Assembly: GCF_044704955.1 (NCBI RefSeq)
Contig: NC_091999.1
Coordinates: 56,606,001-56,670,000 of the forward strand
Reading direction: 5' to 3'
DNA: 64,000 nt
Origin: Pristiophorus japonicus
Taxonomy: Eukaryota
Positions 10,933 to 25,075 of the stretch are shown here, in pieces; the first letter of the stretch is position 1, and each line of letters opens with the position of its first letter. The position numbers and the translations under genes were made by a program. The notes under the pieces are model-generated. The model searched no databases. It saw nothing but the letters and a program-made list of their open reading frames with translations, and had not been told where the DNA came from.

Positions 10933-11699
10933 CTGGGAAAGAATGGCCCATTGAACAAGTTAGACTCTGTAATCCGTGCTTATAAAAGAAATAAACAACT
11001 CGAACTTTGACTGCAGAATAAACTAATTCCACCATTTCCCCATCAAAGACTACACGGGCATTTGAGCTTCTGTCAGTTCCATCATAAGCACCTGTAGATG
11101 CCCCTGTCAGGAACACACCTCTCTATCCCCGAGCTCTATCACATTACACAACAATAACTTTTACATAACTCGTGAATAAAGAATCCTTCATTGGATCATA
11201 CAATCGAAGAACAGAGACGTGTTCCTGCTATTTCGGCCATCATTTATTTCTCAATCAGCACGATTTTTGGTCCTTTATTGAAGTTTGAGGAAATTTACTC
11301 TGTGCACATTGCCTGCGGCGTATCCCTACAAAACAACAGTGACTGCACTTCAAAGTAACAGCGGAATTCCTGCCTCGCACGTCAACAAAAAACCCTCTAA
11401 ATTTGCCTGCCACATAATTCAACAGGTAGCATTTCCATAGTCTAGTTTCTAAGATTCAGTCTGTAGATGAATCGCGATTGAGTTGAATCTCTCCCTTTCT
11501 TTCTCAGTATTTGAGGGAGAGCGATGTCCTTCAGCGCACTGTGATCTGGACTCTATCCCATCCTATTGAATGCATGTCTCTTGAGTTTCCTCCTCCCTGC
11601 CACTCAATTAATAATCCGAATAAAATACCATTCCAAATTCCGGTTAATTGGAAGTTTCTCCTTAAATGGCCCATTTCAATTCCCATTGTTGTTCTTGTT

Positions 11700-12610
11700 A
11701 TGTAACAATGACGTGGACTTGGGTATAGGGAATGCAATTTCGAATTTAGAAGATAATGCAAAACCTGGCAACGTAGCCAATAGTGAACATGATAGCAGCA
11801 GACTCCATGAGGAGACCGATGGTCCAGTGAAATGGGGCGGAACATGGCAATTGCAATTTAATGCGAATCATTGAGAAGCGATGCACATTGGATGGAAGAT
11901 GGAGAGGCAGTATAATCTAAATAGCATTATTTTGAGGGGATGCACGAACAGAGATATCTAGATGTACATATTCACAAATCTTTGAAGGGGGCAGGGCAAA
12001 CTGGTTAGACTATTATGAAAGCGTATGGGATACTTGAATTTGTAAATGGGGCATTGACTACAAAAACAAGGCGGTTATGCTAAACTTACAGATCACGTGT
12101 TAGACCTCAGCTGGAGTATTGTGCACAATTCTGGCACAACAATGTAGGAAGGATGTCAAGCCCTTGGGGAGTGTAGAGGGGAGGCTTTTACCAGCATGAT
12201 GCCAGGGATGGGATCTTCAGTTATGTGGAGAGATTGGAGAAGCTGGGATGTTCTCCTTAGAGCAGAGGTTAAGAGGAGACCTAAGAGAGATATTCAACAT
12301 TATGACAGGTTTTGATAGAGCAAGTAGGGAGAAACTGCTTTCGCTGGAAAGAAGGTGCGTAACCAAAGGTCACAGATTTAAAATAATTGGCAGAAGATCG
12401 AAAGGGGAAATTGGGGTAATTTTTTCACACAGAGGGTTGTTAATTTCAGGAATGCTCCAGGCAGTTCATCCTGTACGTCAGGAGGATTCATTGCACGTTT
12501 ACAAGGAAAACCCTGGGGAGTTGGACTAAATTGGACAGCTCTTTCAGAGCCGGCACAGGCACGATGCCTGAATGGTCTTTTCAGTGTTGTGAGATGCTAT
12601 CATTCTACAC
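11700..12610 (+). mobile_element. Degenerate CR1 LINE (RT C-terminal half plus 3' UTR)
   Basis: RPQLEYCAQFW- and LRGDLREIF-type motifs, heavily disrupted. Confidence 0.85.
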
Positions 12611-13319
12611 GAGTCAGTGGGAATAGTTCTTCTAGATTTAATGGAAGGAAACGCTTCATATTTTGGACACCTCTACCAGATCTACTTTTATTGTTCATTA
12701 GAATGAAAGAGGATATTTCAGAAAAGGATCTTATAAATCTGACGCAAATTAGTCAATCACATGCTGTTATAAAGGCTTAAAGTTCATTGTGAATGATGAC
12801 TTATTGCAGGTTCACTCTATCTCTTTAAATGTTTCACAGAATTGCAGGTCAGTGACTGTGTGCCTTGTCTTGTGACCCAGGCCAATAGCTGCATCTCGTC
12901 ATAGTTTGTCCCTGCCTTTAACCTTCTCAGGAAGAATTGAACAACATAATGTTTCTAAACATGAGGTCCTCATGACGGTTATTTGAAGCGGCAGTCCCGA
13001 TATTCTCCTTTTAAATTGTGAAAATATCTTACAGCCTCCCAACAGATCAGAACAGGCGCTGCTTTCTGGAGCGTTATTCACTTCCAGAAACGGTTTATTC
13101 TGAAAGTGAGCTGAGGATCAGGCCAATCGTGTTCAATAGTAATCTGATGCTCAAAATGTTCAAACATTAATAACTCATTAAAAATTGGGCATTTTTTTCA
13201 GAAAGAATATAAACATCAATGAATGTGCATTGTTTAATCTGGGCAATGGGACGATTTATTGTATATATCTGGCACGAGCAGTTTATCTGCTATCTGTTAG
13301 ACGCAGATAACGGTGTCTT

Positions 13320-14110
13320 GAATACTGCCTGACCAAGCACTCTCAGGTCAGATATAGCACAGATAAGAGAGCAAAGCTCCCGCTATGCTGCCGTGTGGGT
13401 CAGGACAGGTATAGCAAGGGTTGCACACAGAGTAATACGATATCTGTGCTATCCCGTCAAACATTCCCAGCTGAAGTACTGCAGAGATGTGCTACGAAAT
13501 GTCTTCCCTTAAAATGCGTTATCAAAATGACCGATTAGATTAAGCACACTTATCACAAGTACAAATAAAAGCTTCCGATATACTGATCCATTAAAGCGCA
13601 CCAGCTCACCTAGAGCTCTGATTAAATAGAAGACCAATCTATATTGAAGGACCCAATTAAGCTCCACGTCCTTGTAAATAAAAGGTTAAATACTGATTAA
13701 AGCTATCTCTGCAATGTCCCATCAATCACTGCCATTTAAGGTAAAGCACGGGTTAGTTGCAGAGAAAAGCTCCCTCTTCACTGTCCCATCAAACACTCCC
13801 AAGACAGGTACAGAGTAAAGATCCCTCTACAGTGTCCCATTAAACATTCTCAGGGCAGGTACAACATGGGTCAAGATACAGAGTAAAGCTCCATCTACAC
13901 TGTCCCATCAACACTCCTAGGGCACGTAGAGCTTGGGCTAAATACAGAGTAACACTCCCTCTACACTGTCCCATCAAACACTCCTAGGGCACCTACAACA
14001 TGGGCTAGATACAGAGTAAAGCTCCTTCTGCCCTGTCCCATCAAACACTCCCAGGGCAGGTACTACCGGGTTAGAAACTGATTAAAGCTCCTTCTACTGT
14101 CTCCCCATGG
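13320..14110. repeat. ~65-bp satellite CAGGGCAGGTACAGCACGGGTTAGATACAGAGTAAAGCTCCCTCTACACTGTCCCATCAAACACTCC
   Basis: Tandem copies here. The family recurs at 16910-17180, 28290-28500, 42095-42435, 52200-52470 and 62100-62380, and inverted at ~2030-2095. Confidence 0.9.
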
Positions 14111-17100
14111 TGTTTCGGAACTGCTTCTTCTGACTATCAAAATCTGGATTAACGATCTCATTTCTGCGGAGACTCCACAACCTCAAAGTCAATCTTTCAC
14201 GTTTCTCACCTATGCCAGTTTCTTAAATAACTGAGTTAAATGACACTCCCCGCAATACAGGATCACAATCCAGAAGTTTTACAACCCGTCAGGAGGACTC
14301 CTGATTCTCACACAGTGAGCAGGCGCACATAAACAGAACAGACACAAACTGTGCTCCAGGCAGAGAGACCAGTTTAATCTATTAATTTCAATGAAGTTGT
14401 TTGATTTCTAATTTATTTCTTGCCAATTTCCAACCACCTCAACTCTGCAGATTCTTTGAAATTAAACTGATATTAATTTGAGAGACTCTTCAACATCCAG
14501 CCATTTTTCCATCTCTGTCAACTATCTTGTAAACCGTGTAAAAATTAACTTCCCTGAAAGTAAGTATCTGGAAATAATTCACATTCCACGGGAATTTGCT
14601 GCCCGTCACACGGGACTCGGTGACATATTCAGAATGTCACAATCCAGGGGACATCTACATTGAAACCTGATCACCCACTGATTTTATATATTTTCATCAG
14701 TAAATATAACCTGTAAAATCATCGAGGCAAAACAGGATGTTAATTCACTAAAATCTGCAGTGACACCTTATCAAACTAAGCACAGCCGGGTTATACATGC
14801 ATTGTTTTGTAAATTAACTTATGAATTAATTAAACATTATCTGCAACCCTTGAGATTTTGCAATAATTGTAATACTGACCAGTATGCAACACAATTGTAA
14901 TGGATCGTTTATGTTTAATGAATTAGCACTGATGGTACTGTCTAAGTTAATGTTCATGTTAGCTGATTATTGAAAATAATCTGAGTGCCTATCTGGCTCT
15001 TCCTGCTCAGAAGCACACGTACCTGGAACTTTTGAAATTAAATTAACGTTCTTGAATTTCAGCCTTACTAATACAATTAATTAATAATAATATTAAAACC
15101 TTTTTCTGCCTGGTAACTTGTGATATATTAAGATTAAATTAACTTACAATAACAATTCATGATATTAAAATATTAAGCAGCATATTAATACATAAATATT
15201 CAGAAAAATACCTTATTTTTACTTAAATCGAATCAAATTGGAATAATTGACAGTAATCACGCAGTTCTACCACTGTCCCGCTCTCGACCGACATCTTTTT
15301 AAACTCTGCATGTTTCTGATATAGCAAAAACTGCGTCTATTCGCAGAGAACATTTCACATGATGGATTTAGGGGTGGACTATTTTAAATAGTTCTCTGTC
15401 CAGCCGAGGTCACAACTCCGATGGTTGTAAACCGCTTGTTTACTAATACTGGAATCTCGAGCTGAAATATTCTCCTCAATCTTAAACTCCAAAAATGGTT
15501 TTATTAATTAAAACCCACCCGTGCAGCTTAAAGTCAGTAGCAGAGCCTCCGCTGTTTAATAACACAGACAATCTTTTATAGTTCACTCCCGTTATTCACA
15601 TAATGCCCGCAAATTAATGATTAAATATATTCTGCTACTTCTTCAAAATAGTTTCCAGAATGGTCATTGTAAAACTGGAGGATAACAAATCATTCAGACC
15701 ATATGCGACACTGAAACTGAATGAGCAAATGGAGGTGAGACTTTGTTCATCAATTTAACATTCATAAGAATTAAACATAACTCTCAGATATTATCTATGC
15801 TTTGTCCACCGTTCTATTCCGCATACAGCAGCGTTTTGGGAGGTAGGATTTTGTTTTAAATTCAAAAGAAGATGGACCTTTTGTAAGTAAATTAATCTGC
15901 TTGAATTTCAATGGATTATTTGCCTGTCTCCAGCCATACGCAGTCGGAACCTGCCTTGAATTTAAATATAATTACAAGAACAATTTTTTGACTGCCAGCG
16001 ACGCCTGTCTGTCAGCTTTTGGTCTTGCAAAGTGTTCAATATTAATTTAGTAATAATTCTATCAAACAACACACAATATTGATTCAATAACAATTTTCGG
16101 CTGCACAGTGAGAATGTCATACCCCGGCAGATATATTAAATTGACAAAATGCAATTTGCAACACGGCTTTAAGTTATAATTAATTGCACTCAGTCAATGT
16201 GGTTCCAGGGATAAGGTACTTCAGTTATGTGGATTGATTGGACGAGCTGGGGTTGTTCTCCTTAGAGCAGAGAAGTTTGAGATGAGACTTGATAGAGGTG
16301 TTCAGAATCAAAAGGGGTCGAGACAGAGCAACTGGAGAGAAGGTGTTCCCATTGGCGGAAGGGTCGAGAACAGAGGATACAGATTTGTCGCATTGGCAGA
16401 ACAACCTAAATCGACACGAGGAAAACTTAGGATCTGGAATGCACTGCCTGAAAGAGTGGTGGAGACAGATTCAATCATGGCATGGAATTGGATAAGTTCC
16501 TGAAGGAAGAACAATCACAGGGCTACGGAAAAGGGCGGGGGAGTGGACTAGCTGAAATACTCTTGCAGAGAGCGGCATGGTCTATATGGGCCGAATGACT
16601 CTCACACCTGCATGACAGGAACGAATAAAACAATGTGCCTGTATCAGTACTTACTGCACTAGGCCCTACCTCAGTCATTACAGTAATAGAACTATTAATA
16701 TTGTACTAGGCCCTGTCTCATCTTTTACTGGAATAGGCAATGACTTTATTCCTATTACACAAGTCCCTGTCTCTGTTTATATTAAACTAGACAAGGACAC
16801 TGTTTATATTACTCTAGCCCCATCATTTCACTTTACTAAACGAGACAATTTCTCTGTTTATGTTAATTTAGACCCTGTCACCGTTATTAATGCACTAAAC
16901 ACTGTAACTCACGGGTCAGGTACAGCATGCGTCAGATAAAGAGTAAACCGACCTCTACATTTTAATCAAACATTCCCAGGACAGGTACAGTACGGGTTAG
17001 ATACAGTTTAAAGCTCTCACGACTCTGTCCCATCAAACACTCCCATGACAGGTGCAGAATGTGCCAGATCCAGAGTAAAGCGACCTCTACAGTGTCCCAT

Positions 17101-18054
17101 CAAACACTCCCACCGCAGGTAGAGCACAGTTTAAATACAGAGTAAAGCTCTCCCTACACTGTCCTATCAAACGCTCCCAGATCGTTTAATGCACAGGTCA
17201 CATCCTGGATTAAATTTCCCTCTGCGCATTCCAATCAAGTTGGTTCGAGGCGTATCATTAGGGTTCAAGGAAAACTTTTGTTAGATTTTAATATCTAGTT
17301 GTGGGAGATGGCCAATTATCCATTCGTGAGAGACAATACAAAAAGTGGAAATAGGAGATGGAGAGGATGCAGGGAATCTCCACTGACACATTTGTAATGT
17401 TACTATAGACGGTGAATCGAATCTTTCACCATTCTGTCCCTGGGTATCATCTTTACTTTATTCTCCTATAATTTAAGAAATGTCCCCCCAAAAATTGCTA
17501 CTGGAATCCGTTGAGAAATTTCATTTCTTTCTCGGTTTATTTCTATGCTGTATTGGTGGGGAAACATTTAAATTGTTTCTGTCACTCAATACTCTAATCT
17601 GGGACTTCTATTTCTGTGTTTATTTACATAACCGCCTCACTGGTTCCCATGAAGTGTTCATGGCAGCAAAATCAGATCAACAGAGTCACTTATTGATTCG
17701 TCTCCTCTCACAACAATTGTTTATTTAAAAAATATTGAATGTTGGTACAACATTAATAGAAAAATCCACAACAGTGAGGTTTGCTTCAGTTTTGTTCAAT
17801 TAGAACAGATGTCATTTATATCAAAGAAATACATAGTAAAATTAATAATTCGGTTTTGAAAGATCTACTGCCGAAATTAATGCAACATCTCTGAACAGGC
17901 TGCTATTCCACTGGATCTCCACTTAGTGTAAGATTTAACCCATTGAAACTAAACAAGTAAAACCAGTGAACAGAGGAGTGTCCTACAATCACATTAATAT
18001 CTGAGCTTTTCACATATATCAACTTGTATTTACATGTGTTGACATTTAGAAATA

Positions 18055-18505
18055 CCCTGCATTTATATAGTGCCTTTCTTGACCTCATTATGTCCCAAAG
18101 TGCTTTACAGCCAATGAATTACTTTGGAATGTGCTCACTGTTGTAATGTAGGAAACGTGGCAGCCAATGTGTGCACAGCAAGCTCCCACAAAGAGCATGA
18201 AATATTGATCAAATAATTTGTTTTTCAGATGTTGGTTGAAGTATAAATATTTGCGCTGGAAACCCTGGAGAACTCATCTGCTCTTCAATATAGTGCCATG
18301 AATCCCTTAAATCCAACTGAGCAGAAAGATGAGGCCTCATCTTATTGTCTGCCCTGAAAGACGGTATCTCGGACCGTGCAGCACTCCCTCAGAACTGGCA
18401 CCGGGCTTGTCGGCATAGATTATTGGCTCAGGTCTCTGGAATGTGGTTTAGTATCTGTGACCTTCTGAATCACAGGCGAGAGTCATCCCACTGAGCCGAG
18501 GCTTG
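18055..18505 (-). mobile_element. DeuSINE copy carried in the duplication unit (paralogs ~29368-29815, 43275-43720, 53350-53790, 63255-63700)
   Basis: Reverse complement of the element at 9305-9725 (tgcatttatatagtgcctttc...cagccaatgaattactttgg...ttgtaatgtaggaaac). Confidence 0.8.
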
Positions 18506-19826
18506 AACATATCACAGCTTGTACTTTAAAATGTTCACATTCAGCTCATCGTGTCTGACGTTCAGTGCCTGCGCCCAGTCTTACACTGATCGATTTATTA
18601 TCAGGGCGAGTTCTCTTATCTTGCCCGGGATGTCATTCCCACACTGGTATTTTCACTGGATCCATATAAAAGTGACGCCGACTCCGCAAGGAACATCTGG
18701 ATGTGCCCTAGGCAGAAGGGCTCACGGAACTTGAGTTTTACACTGTGTGAGCTGCACCATCAAAGCAGCTGAAAGCTGGGATTGTTCTCCTTAGAGCCGA
18801 GCGCGTTATGGGCCACTTAATAGAGGTTTTCCAAATCATGAAGAGTTTTGATCGGGTAAATTGGGAGATACTCCATCACTCCCCCCACCATCCCTCTCGC
18901 CCTCCACCCGTCTCTCCTTACTTCTCTCCATTCATTCTTACCTCCGTTCATACCTCCAGCCCTCCCTCCATCAATCGCTCCCCCCCTGCAGCCATCCCTC
19001 CCTCCCTCTGTCCATCCCTCCACCATTCCTCCATACTCCACCATACTTCATCCCTCCCTTGTTCCACTCCACCCTCCACTCTTTCCTCCCGCAGCCCAAA
19101 CGATTATTATTGTTCCCTTTGCAATGTTTCAGCTTGATCGATGACGATTCCTCAGCTGGAATTTTCTGCACCCAATTCCTTCAGCGGGGTTTCATATGTA
19201 TTAATAAGTAAGAGAGAGCGCGATGGCAAATATATATATTGAAGCCCCCACGCTAAATAAAACTGACAAGAAATGAAATGCTTTCCTTTCAGGAGAGGGA
19301 GTTGGCTGGGGAACCGGCACTGGGTAGAAATTCTGGTTGGGGCAGTCGCGATATCTTTCCTTTTTTAAATAAAAAAAATAAGATAACAATTTTAAAAAAA
19401 TTTCAAGACATCGTCGGCTTTCAGCTGCTCTTTTTTCCTCCGCCTTCTCGCGGTTGAGGACGGGCCTGTGGCCGCCTGGAGCTCGCTTCATTGTGTGTAC
19501 GGGACGGTAGGATTGAAGCTCTCACTACGTGGCCAGACTTGGAGAAGCTGGGGCTGTTCTCCTTACAGCAGAGAATGGTGAGGGGGTATTTACCAGATTG
19601 GTACCAGGGATGAATGACTAGAAACATTAGTTCAGCCCCAGCTGGAGTATTGTATCTAATTCTGGGCACCACACTTTAGGAAGGACGTGAAGACTTTCGA
19701 TGGAGTACAGAAGAGATTTACTGGAAATGTATCAGGGATGGGGGATTGAAATTATGTGGAGAGACTGGAGAAACTGGAGCTGTTCTCCTTAGATTAGAAA
19801 AGGTTAAGAGGAGATTTAGTAAATTA

Positions 19827-21203
19827 TAAGAACATAAGAACATAATAAAGAGGAGCAGGAGTGGGCCATACGACCCCTCGAGCCTACTGCGCCATTCAGT
19901 GTGATCATGGCTGATCTGACAATGGTCTCAGCTCCACTTCCACTTCCGCTCCCCATAGACCCTTATCCCCTTATCGTTTAAGAAACGGTCTATCTCTGTC
20001 TTAAATGTATTCAATATCCCACCTTCCACAGCTCTCTGAGGCAGCGAATTCCACAGATGTACAACCTCTGAGAGGAGAAATCTCTCCTCATCTCAGTTTT
20101 AAATGGGTGGCCCCTTCTTCTAAGATCGTGCCCTCGAGTTCTAGTCTCACCCATCAGTGGAAACATCCTCTCTTCATCCACCTTGTCAAGCCCCTTCATA
20201 ATCTAATACGTTTCGATAAGATCACCTCTCATTCTTCTGAATTCCAATGAGTAGAGGCCCAAACTACTCATCCTTTCCTCATAAGTCAAACCCTTCATCC
20301 CATGAATCAACCTAGTGAATCTTCTCTGAACTGCCTCCAAAGCACGTATATCCTTTTGTAAATATGGACTCCAAAACTGCATGCAGTATTCCAGATGTGG
20401 CCTCAGCAATACCTTATATAGCTGTAGCAAGGCTTACCTGCTTTTATACTCCATCCCCTTTGCAATGAAGACCAAAATACCATTGGCCTTCCTAATCACT
20501 TGCTGTACCTGCGTACTGTCCTTTTGTGTTTCATGCAAAATACCCCCAGGTCCCGCTGTACTGCGGCACTTTGCAATCTTTCTCCATTTAAATAATAATG
20601 CTCTTCGATTTTTTTCGGCCAAAGTGCATGCCCTCACACTTTACAACATTATACTCCAACTGCCAATTTTTTTCTCACTTACTTAGCCTGTCTATGTCTT
20701 TTTGCAGATTTCTTGTGTCCTCCTCTCACACTACTTTTACTCCCATCTTTTTAACGCCAGTAAACCTGGCTACGTTACACTCAGTCCCTTCTCCAAGTAG
20801 TTAATGTAGATTGTAATTAGTTGGGGTCGCAGCACTGATCCCTGCGGCATGCCATTAGTTACTGGTTGCCAATCAGAGAATGGACCATTTGTCCTGATTC
20901 TCTGTTCTTTGCTCCAATCCTCTATCCATGTTAATATATTAACCCCAGCCCCGTGAACTTTTATCTTGTGCAGTAACCTTTTATGTGGCACCTTGTCAAA
21001 TGTCTTCTGGAAGTCCAAAGCACCCTATCCAATGGTTCCCCTTTATCCACCCTGTTCGCTACATACTCAAGGAACTCCAGCAAATTTGTCAAACATGACT
21101 TCCCCTTCATAAATCCATGCTGACTTTGCCTCACCGAATTTTGCTTTTCCAAATGTCCTGCTGCTGCTTCATTAATAATGGACTCTGACATTTTCCCAAC
21201 CAA
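19827..21203 (-). mobile_element. CR1 LINE, 5'-truncated, antisense (paralog 31167-32553)
   Basis: QHGFMKGKSCLTNLLEF, DFQKTFDKVPH, PQGSVL, RPHLEYC motifs; (AAGAACAT)n 3' tail. Confidence 0.92.
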
Positions 21204-21629
21204 TATTATTACCAGGCATGAGGGACTTCAGTTAATATGTAGAAAGTGGAGAATATGGGATTGTTCTCCTTGGAGGAGAAAAGTCTAAGAGGAGATTTGA
21301 TAGATCTGTTTAAATTCATCAACGGTTTAGATAGAGTAAATAAATAGAAACTGTTGCAGATGTAAGGTGATTAACAAAAGAACCAGAGGCGATATTTGGA
21401 CGCAATTATCTATGCAACCACTGGTTAAGATTTGTATTGTACTGCCTGGTAGGGTGGTAGATATAGATTCAATAGTTTCCTTCAAAAAGAAATTGTACAA
21501 ATACTACAAGGAGGAAAAAATGCAGTGATATAGGGAAAGTGCACGGGAGTGGGACTAACTGGATTGTTCTTGGAAAGAGCCGGCGCAGACTCTGTGGGCT
21601 GAATTATCACCTTCTGTGCCATACTAATC

Positions 21630-24600
21630 TATGAATGACCATAACACGGTTGAATTTCAAATTCAGTTGGAGAGCGCGAGAGTTGATTTTCAAACCATTG
21701 CCCAAAGCTTCAATAAAGGAGCCTACAAAGGTATGAGGGCAGTTGTGGCTAAAGCGGACGAGGAAAATAGATAAAAGTATGGGATGGTTGATGAGCAGTG
21801 GCAGACATTTAAGTAGATAATTCATAACTCGCAACAAAAATTCATCCCAATGAGAATTCAAGACTGTAAGAGAGGGGATAACCATTCGTGGCTAACTAAG
21901 GAAATAAGGATGGTTTCAAATTGGAAATAAAGGCATACAGTGTGGCCAAGACTAGTGGGAGGCCAAAGGACTGGGAAACTTTTAAAAGACAGCAATGAAC
22001 AACGAAACAAATGATGAAGAGAGGGAAGATAGATTATGAAAGTAAATTAGCGCGAAATATAAAACCAGATAGTAACAGTTTCTACCGGTACATAACAAGC
22101 AAAAGAGAGGTTAAGGTAAATGTTGGTTATCAAGCGGATGAGACTGGGGAACTAATAATGGAGAACAGGGAAATTACAGAGACGTTGAACAAATATTTTG
22201 TATCGGTCTTCATGGTAGCAGACACTAAAAACATCCAAATTGTGGAAAATCAAGGGGCTATATGGAGGGAGGAATTTATTACAATCACTATCACTAATGA
22301 AGTTGTACTCGGTAACATAATGGGACTAAAGACGGACAAGTCCCCAAGGCCTGATGGGTTACATCCTATGGCCCTAAAAGAAGTGGCTGCAGAGATAGTG
22401 GATGCTTTGGTTGTAATCTACCAAAATTCCTTGAATTCTGGGGCGGTCCCAGCGGATTGGAACACTGCAAATGTAGTGCCCCTATTTTAAAAAATAGGCA
22501 GACAAAAAGCAAGAAACTATAGACCAGTGAGCGGAACATCTGTCATTGGGACAATGCTGAAATCCATTAAGGAAGCAGTAGCGGGACATTTGGAAAAGCA
22601 AAATACAATCAAGCAGAATCAGCATGGTTTCATGAACGGGACGACATGATTGACAACTTTGCTGGAGATCTTTGAGGATGAAACGAGCAGGGTGGATTAG
22701 CGGGATCCAGTGGATATAGCGTATTTGGATTTCCAGAAGGTATTCGATATGGTGCCACATAAAAGGTTACTGCACAAGATAAAAGTTCTCGGGTTTGAAG
22801 GCAATATATTGGCATGGATAGAGTATTGGCTCACTAACAGATCGGAGGGTCGGGATAAATGGGTCAATTTCCGATTGGCAAACAGTATCTCGTGGTATGC
22901 CGCAGGGATCGGTGGTGGAATCTCAACTATTTACAATCGATAGTAATGACTTGGATGAAGGGACCCAGTGTAATATAGCCAAGTTTTCAGATGATAAAAA
23001 GAAGGGTGGGAAAGGAAATTGTGAGGAGGACACCAATAACCTGTAACGGGATATGGACAGACTAAGTGAATGGGCAAAACTCGACAGGATATTGGTGAAG
23101 CCACATCTAGAGTACTGCGTCCAGTATTAGCCTCTGTATTTAAGGAAGGATATACCTGCATTGGAGGCTTTCCGTTGAAGGTTGATTCCGGAGATGAGGG
23201 TGTTGAATTATGAAGATAGTGTGAGTAGGTTGGGCCAATACAAATTGGAGATCAGAAGAATGAGAGGTGATCTTATTGCAAATTATAAGATAATGAGGGC
23301 ACTCGACATTGTGGATGCAGAAAGGATACTTCCACTCATAGGGGAAAATAAAACTAGGGGACATAGTCTCAGAAAAACAAGCTGCACTTTTGAAACTGAA
23401 CTAACGGGGAATTTCTTCGCTCAGAGGTATGTACATCTATGGAATTTTCAGCCCCAGAGAGTTGTGCAGACTAGGTCATTGAATATATTTAAGGCGGAGA
23501 TAGAAAGATCTTTGAGCGATACTTTTCAGAATGGCAGGCAGTGACTAGTGGGGTACCGCAATGTTCTGTGCTGGGGCCCCAGCTGTTTACACTGTACATT
23601 AATGATTTAGATGAGGGGATTAAATGTAGTATCTCCAAATTTGCGGATGACACTAAGTTGGGTGGCAGTGTGAGCTGCGAGGAGGATGCTGTGAGGCTGC
23701 AGAGCGACTTGGATAGGTTAGCTGAGTGGGCAAATGCATGGCAGATGAAATATAATGTGGATAAATGTGAGGTTATCCACTTTGGTGGTAAAAACAGAGA
23801 GACAGACTATTATCTGAATGGTGACAGATTAGGAAAAGGGGAGGTGCAAAGAGACCTGAGTGGCATGGTACATCAGTCATTGAAGGTTGGCATGCAGGTG
23901 CAGCAGGTGGTTAAGAAAGCAAATGGCATGTTGGCCTTCATAGCAAGGGGATTTGAGTACAGGGGCAGGGAGGTGTTGCTACAGTTGTACAGGGCATTGG
24001 TGAGGCCACACCTGGAGTAGTGTGTACAGTTTTGTTCTCCTAACCTGAGGAAGGACATTCTTGCTATTGAGGGAGTGCAGCGAAGGTTCACCAGACTGAT
24101 TCCCGGGATGGCGGGACTGACCTATCAAGAAAGACTGGATCAACTGGGCTTGTATTCACTGGAGTTCAGAAGAATGAGAGGGGACCTCATAGAAACATTT
24201 AAAATTCTGACGGGGTTAGACAGGTTAGATGCAGGAAGAATGTTCCCAATGTTGGGGAAGTCCAAAACCAGAGGTCACAGTCTAAGGATAAGGGGTAAGC
24301 CATTTAGGACCGATATGCGGAGGAACTTCTTCACCCAGAGAGTGGTGAACCTGTGGAATTCTCTACCACAGAAAGTTGTTGAGGCCAATTCACTAAATAT
24401 ATTCAAAAATGAGTTAGATTAGGTCCTTACTACTAGGGGGATCAAGGGGTATGGCGAGAAAGCAGGAATGGGGTACTGAAGTTGAATGTTCAGCCATGAA
24501 CTCATTGAATGGCGGTGCATGCTAGAAGGGCCGAATGGCCTACTCCTGCACCTATTTTCTATGTTTCTACGTTTCTAAGAGAATAAAGGGTTATTGGGAT

Positions 24601-24705
24601 CGGGCAGGGAAGTGCACCTGAGTCCATGATCAGATCAGCCATGATCTTATTCAATGGCGAGCAGGCTCGAGGTGGCCCACTCCTGTTCAGATTTCTAATG
24701 TTCTT
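21630..24705 (+). mobile_element. CR1 LINE ORF2 fragment (paralogs 36150-38162, 55752-57450) with a nested younger CR1
   Basis: KSPRPDGLHP, YLDFQKVFDMVPH, RMRGDLI motifs, with many frameshifts. Confidence 0.92.
23522..24577 (+). mobile_element. Young nested CR1 (near-intact RT C-terminus)
   Basis: SGVPQCSVLGPQLF..YINDLD..KFADDTKL..RPHLE; one stop at 24018-24020; (TATGTTTC)-type tail; empty site in unit 2 at ~38025-38035. Confidence 0.93.
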
Positions 24706-24709
24706 TTGC

Positions 24710-25075
24710 TTACATTACACTTGGCACTGTCTCTCTTAAATTACACTAGACGCTGTCTCTGTTCATATTACACTAGACGCTGTCACTATTTAAATTACAC
24801 TAGACCCTGTTTCTGTTTATATTACACTAGACCCTGTCTCTGTTTGTATTACACGAGACCGTGTCTCTGTTTCTTTTGCACTAGACCCTGTCTCTCTTTA
24901 TATTACACTAGACCCTGTCTCTCTTTATATACACTCGACCCTGTATCTCTTTATCTTACACTAGACCCTGTCTCTCTTTATATTACACTCGACCCTGTCT
25001 CTCTTTATATTACACTAGATCCTGTCTCTCTTTCTGTTACACTAGACCCTGTCTGCCTTTATGTTAAACTGGGCC
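24710..25075. repeat. 27-bp satellite TTATATTACACTAGACCCTGTCTCT(G/C)T (also 38165-39180, 45130-46600, 48690-49290, 57455-57710)
   Basis: Visible 27-nt period; source of the ITLDPVSLY / YYTRPCLSL ORFs. Confidence 0.95.

Noticed and set aside
14311-14350. CACAGTG followed after 24 nt by ACACAAACT, as a JH-type RSS
   Set aside because: Spacer is off-size and the adjacent sequence encodes no WGxG/VTV J motif or donor; at most a cryptic RSS
15250-15300. Minus-strand GTVVELR-like string as a J remnant
   Set aside because: No F/W-G-x-G, no RSS, no splice donor
16104-16142. CACAGTG heptamer near the array junction
   Set aside because: No nonamer at 12 or 22/23 nt
11000-16198. Intronic IgH enhancer (octamer/E-box cluster)
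   Set aside because: Only scattered imperfect motifs (e.g. ACGCAAAT near 12742); cannot be supported without alignment or functional data
18870-19090. Pro/Ser/His-rich ORFs (also ~30180, 44070, 54100)
   Set aside because: Degenerate (CCT/CCAT)n pyrimidine tract of variable length among units
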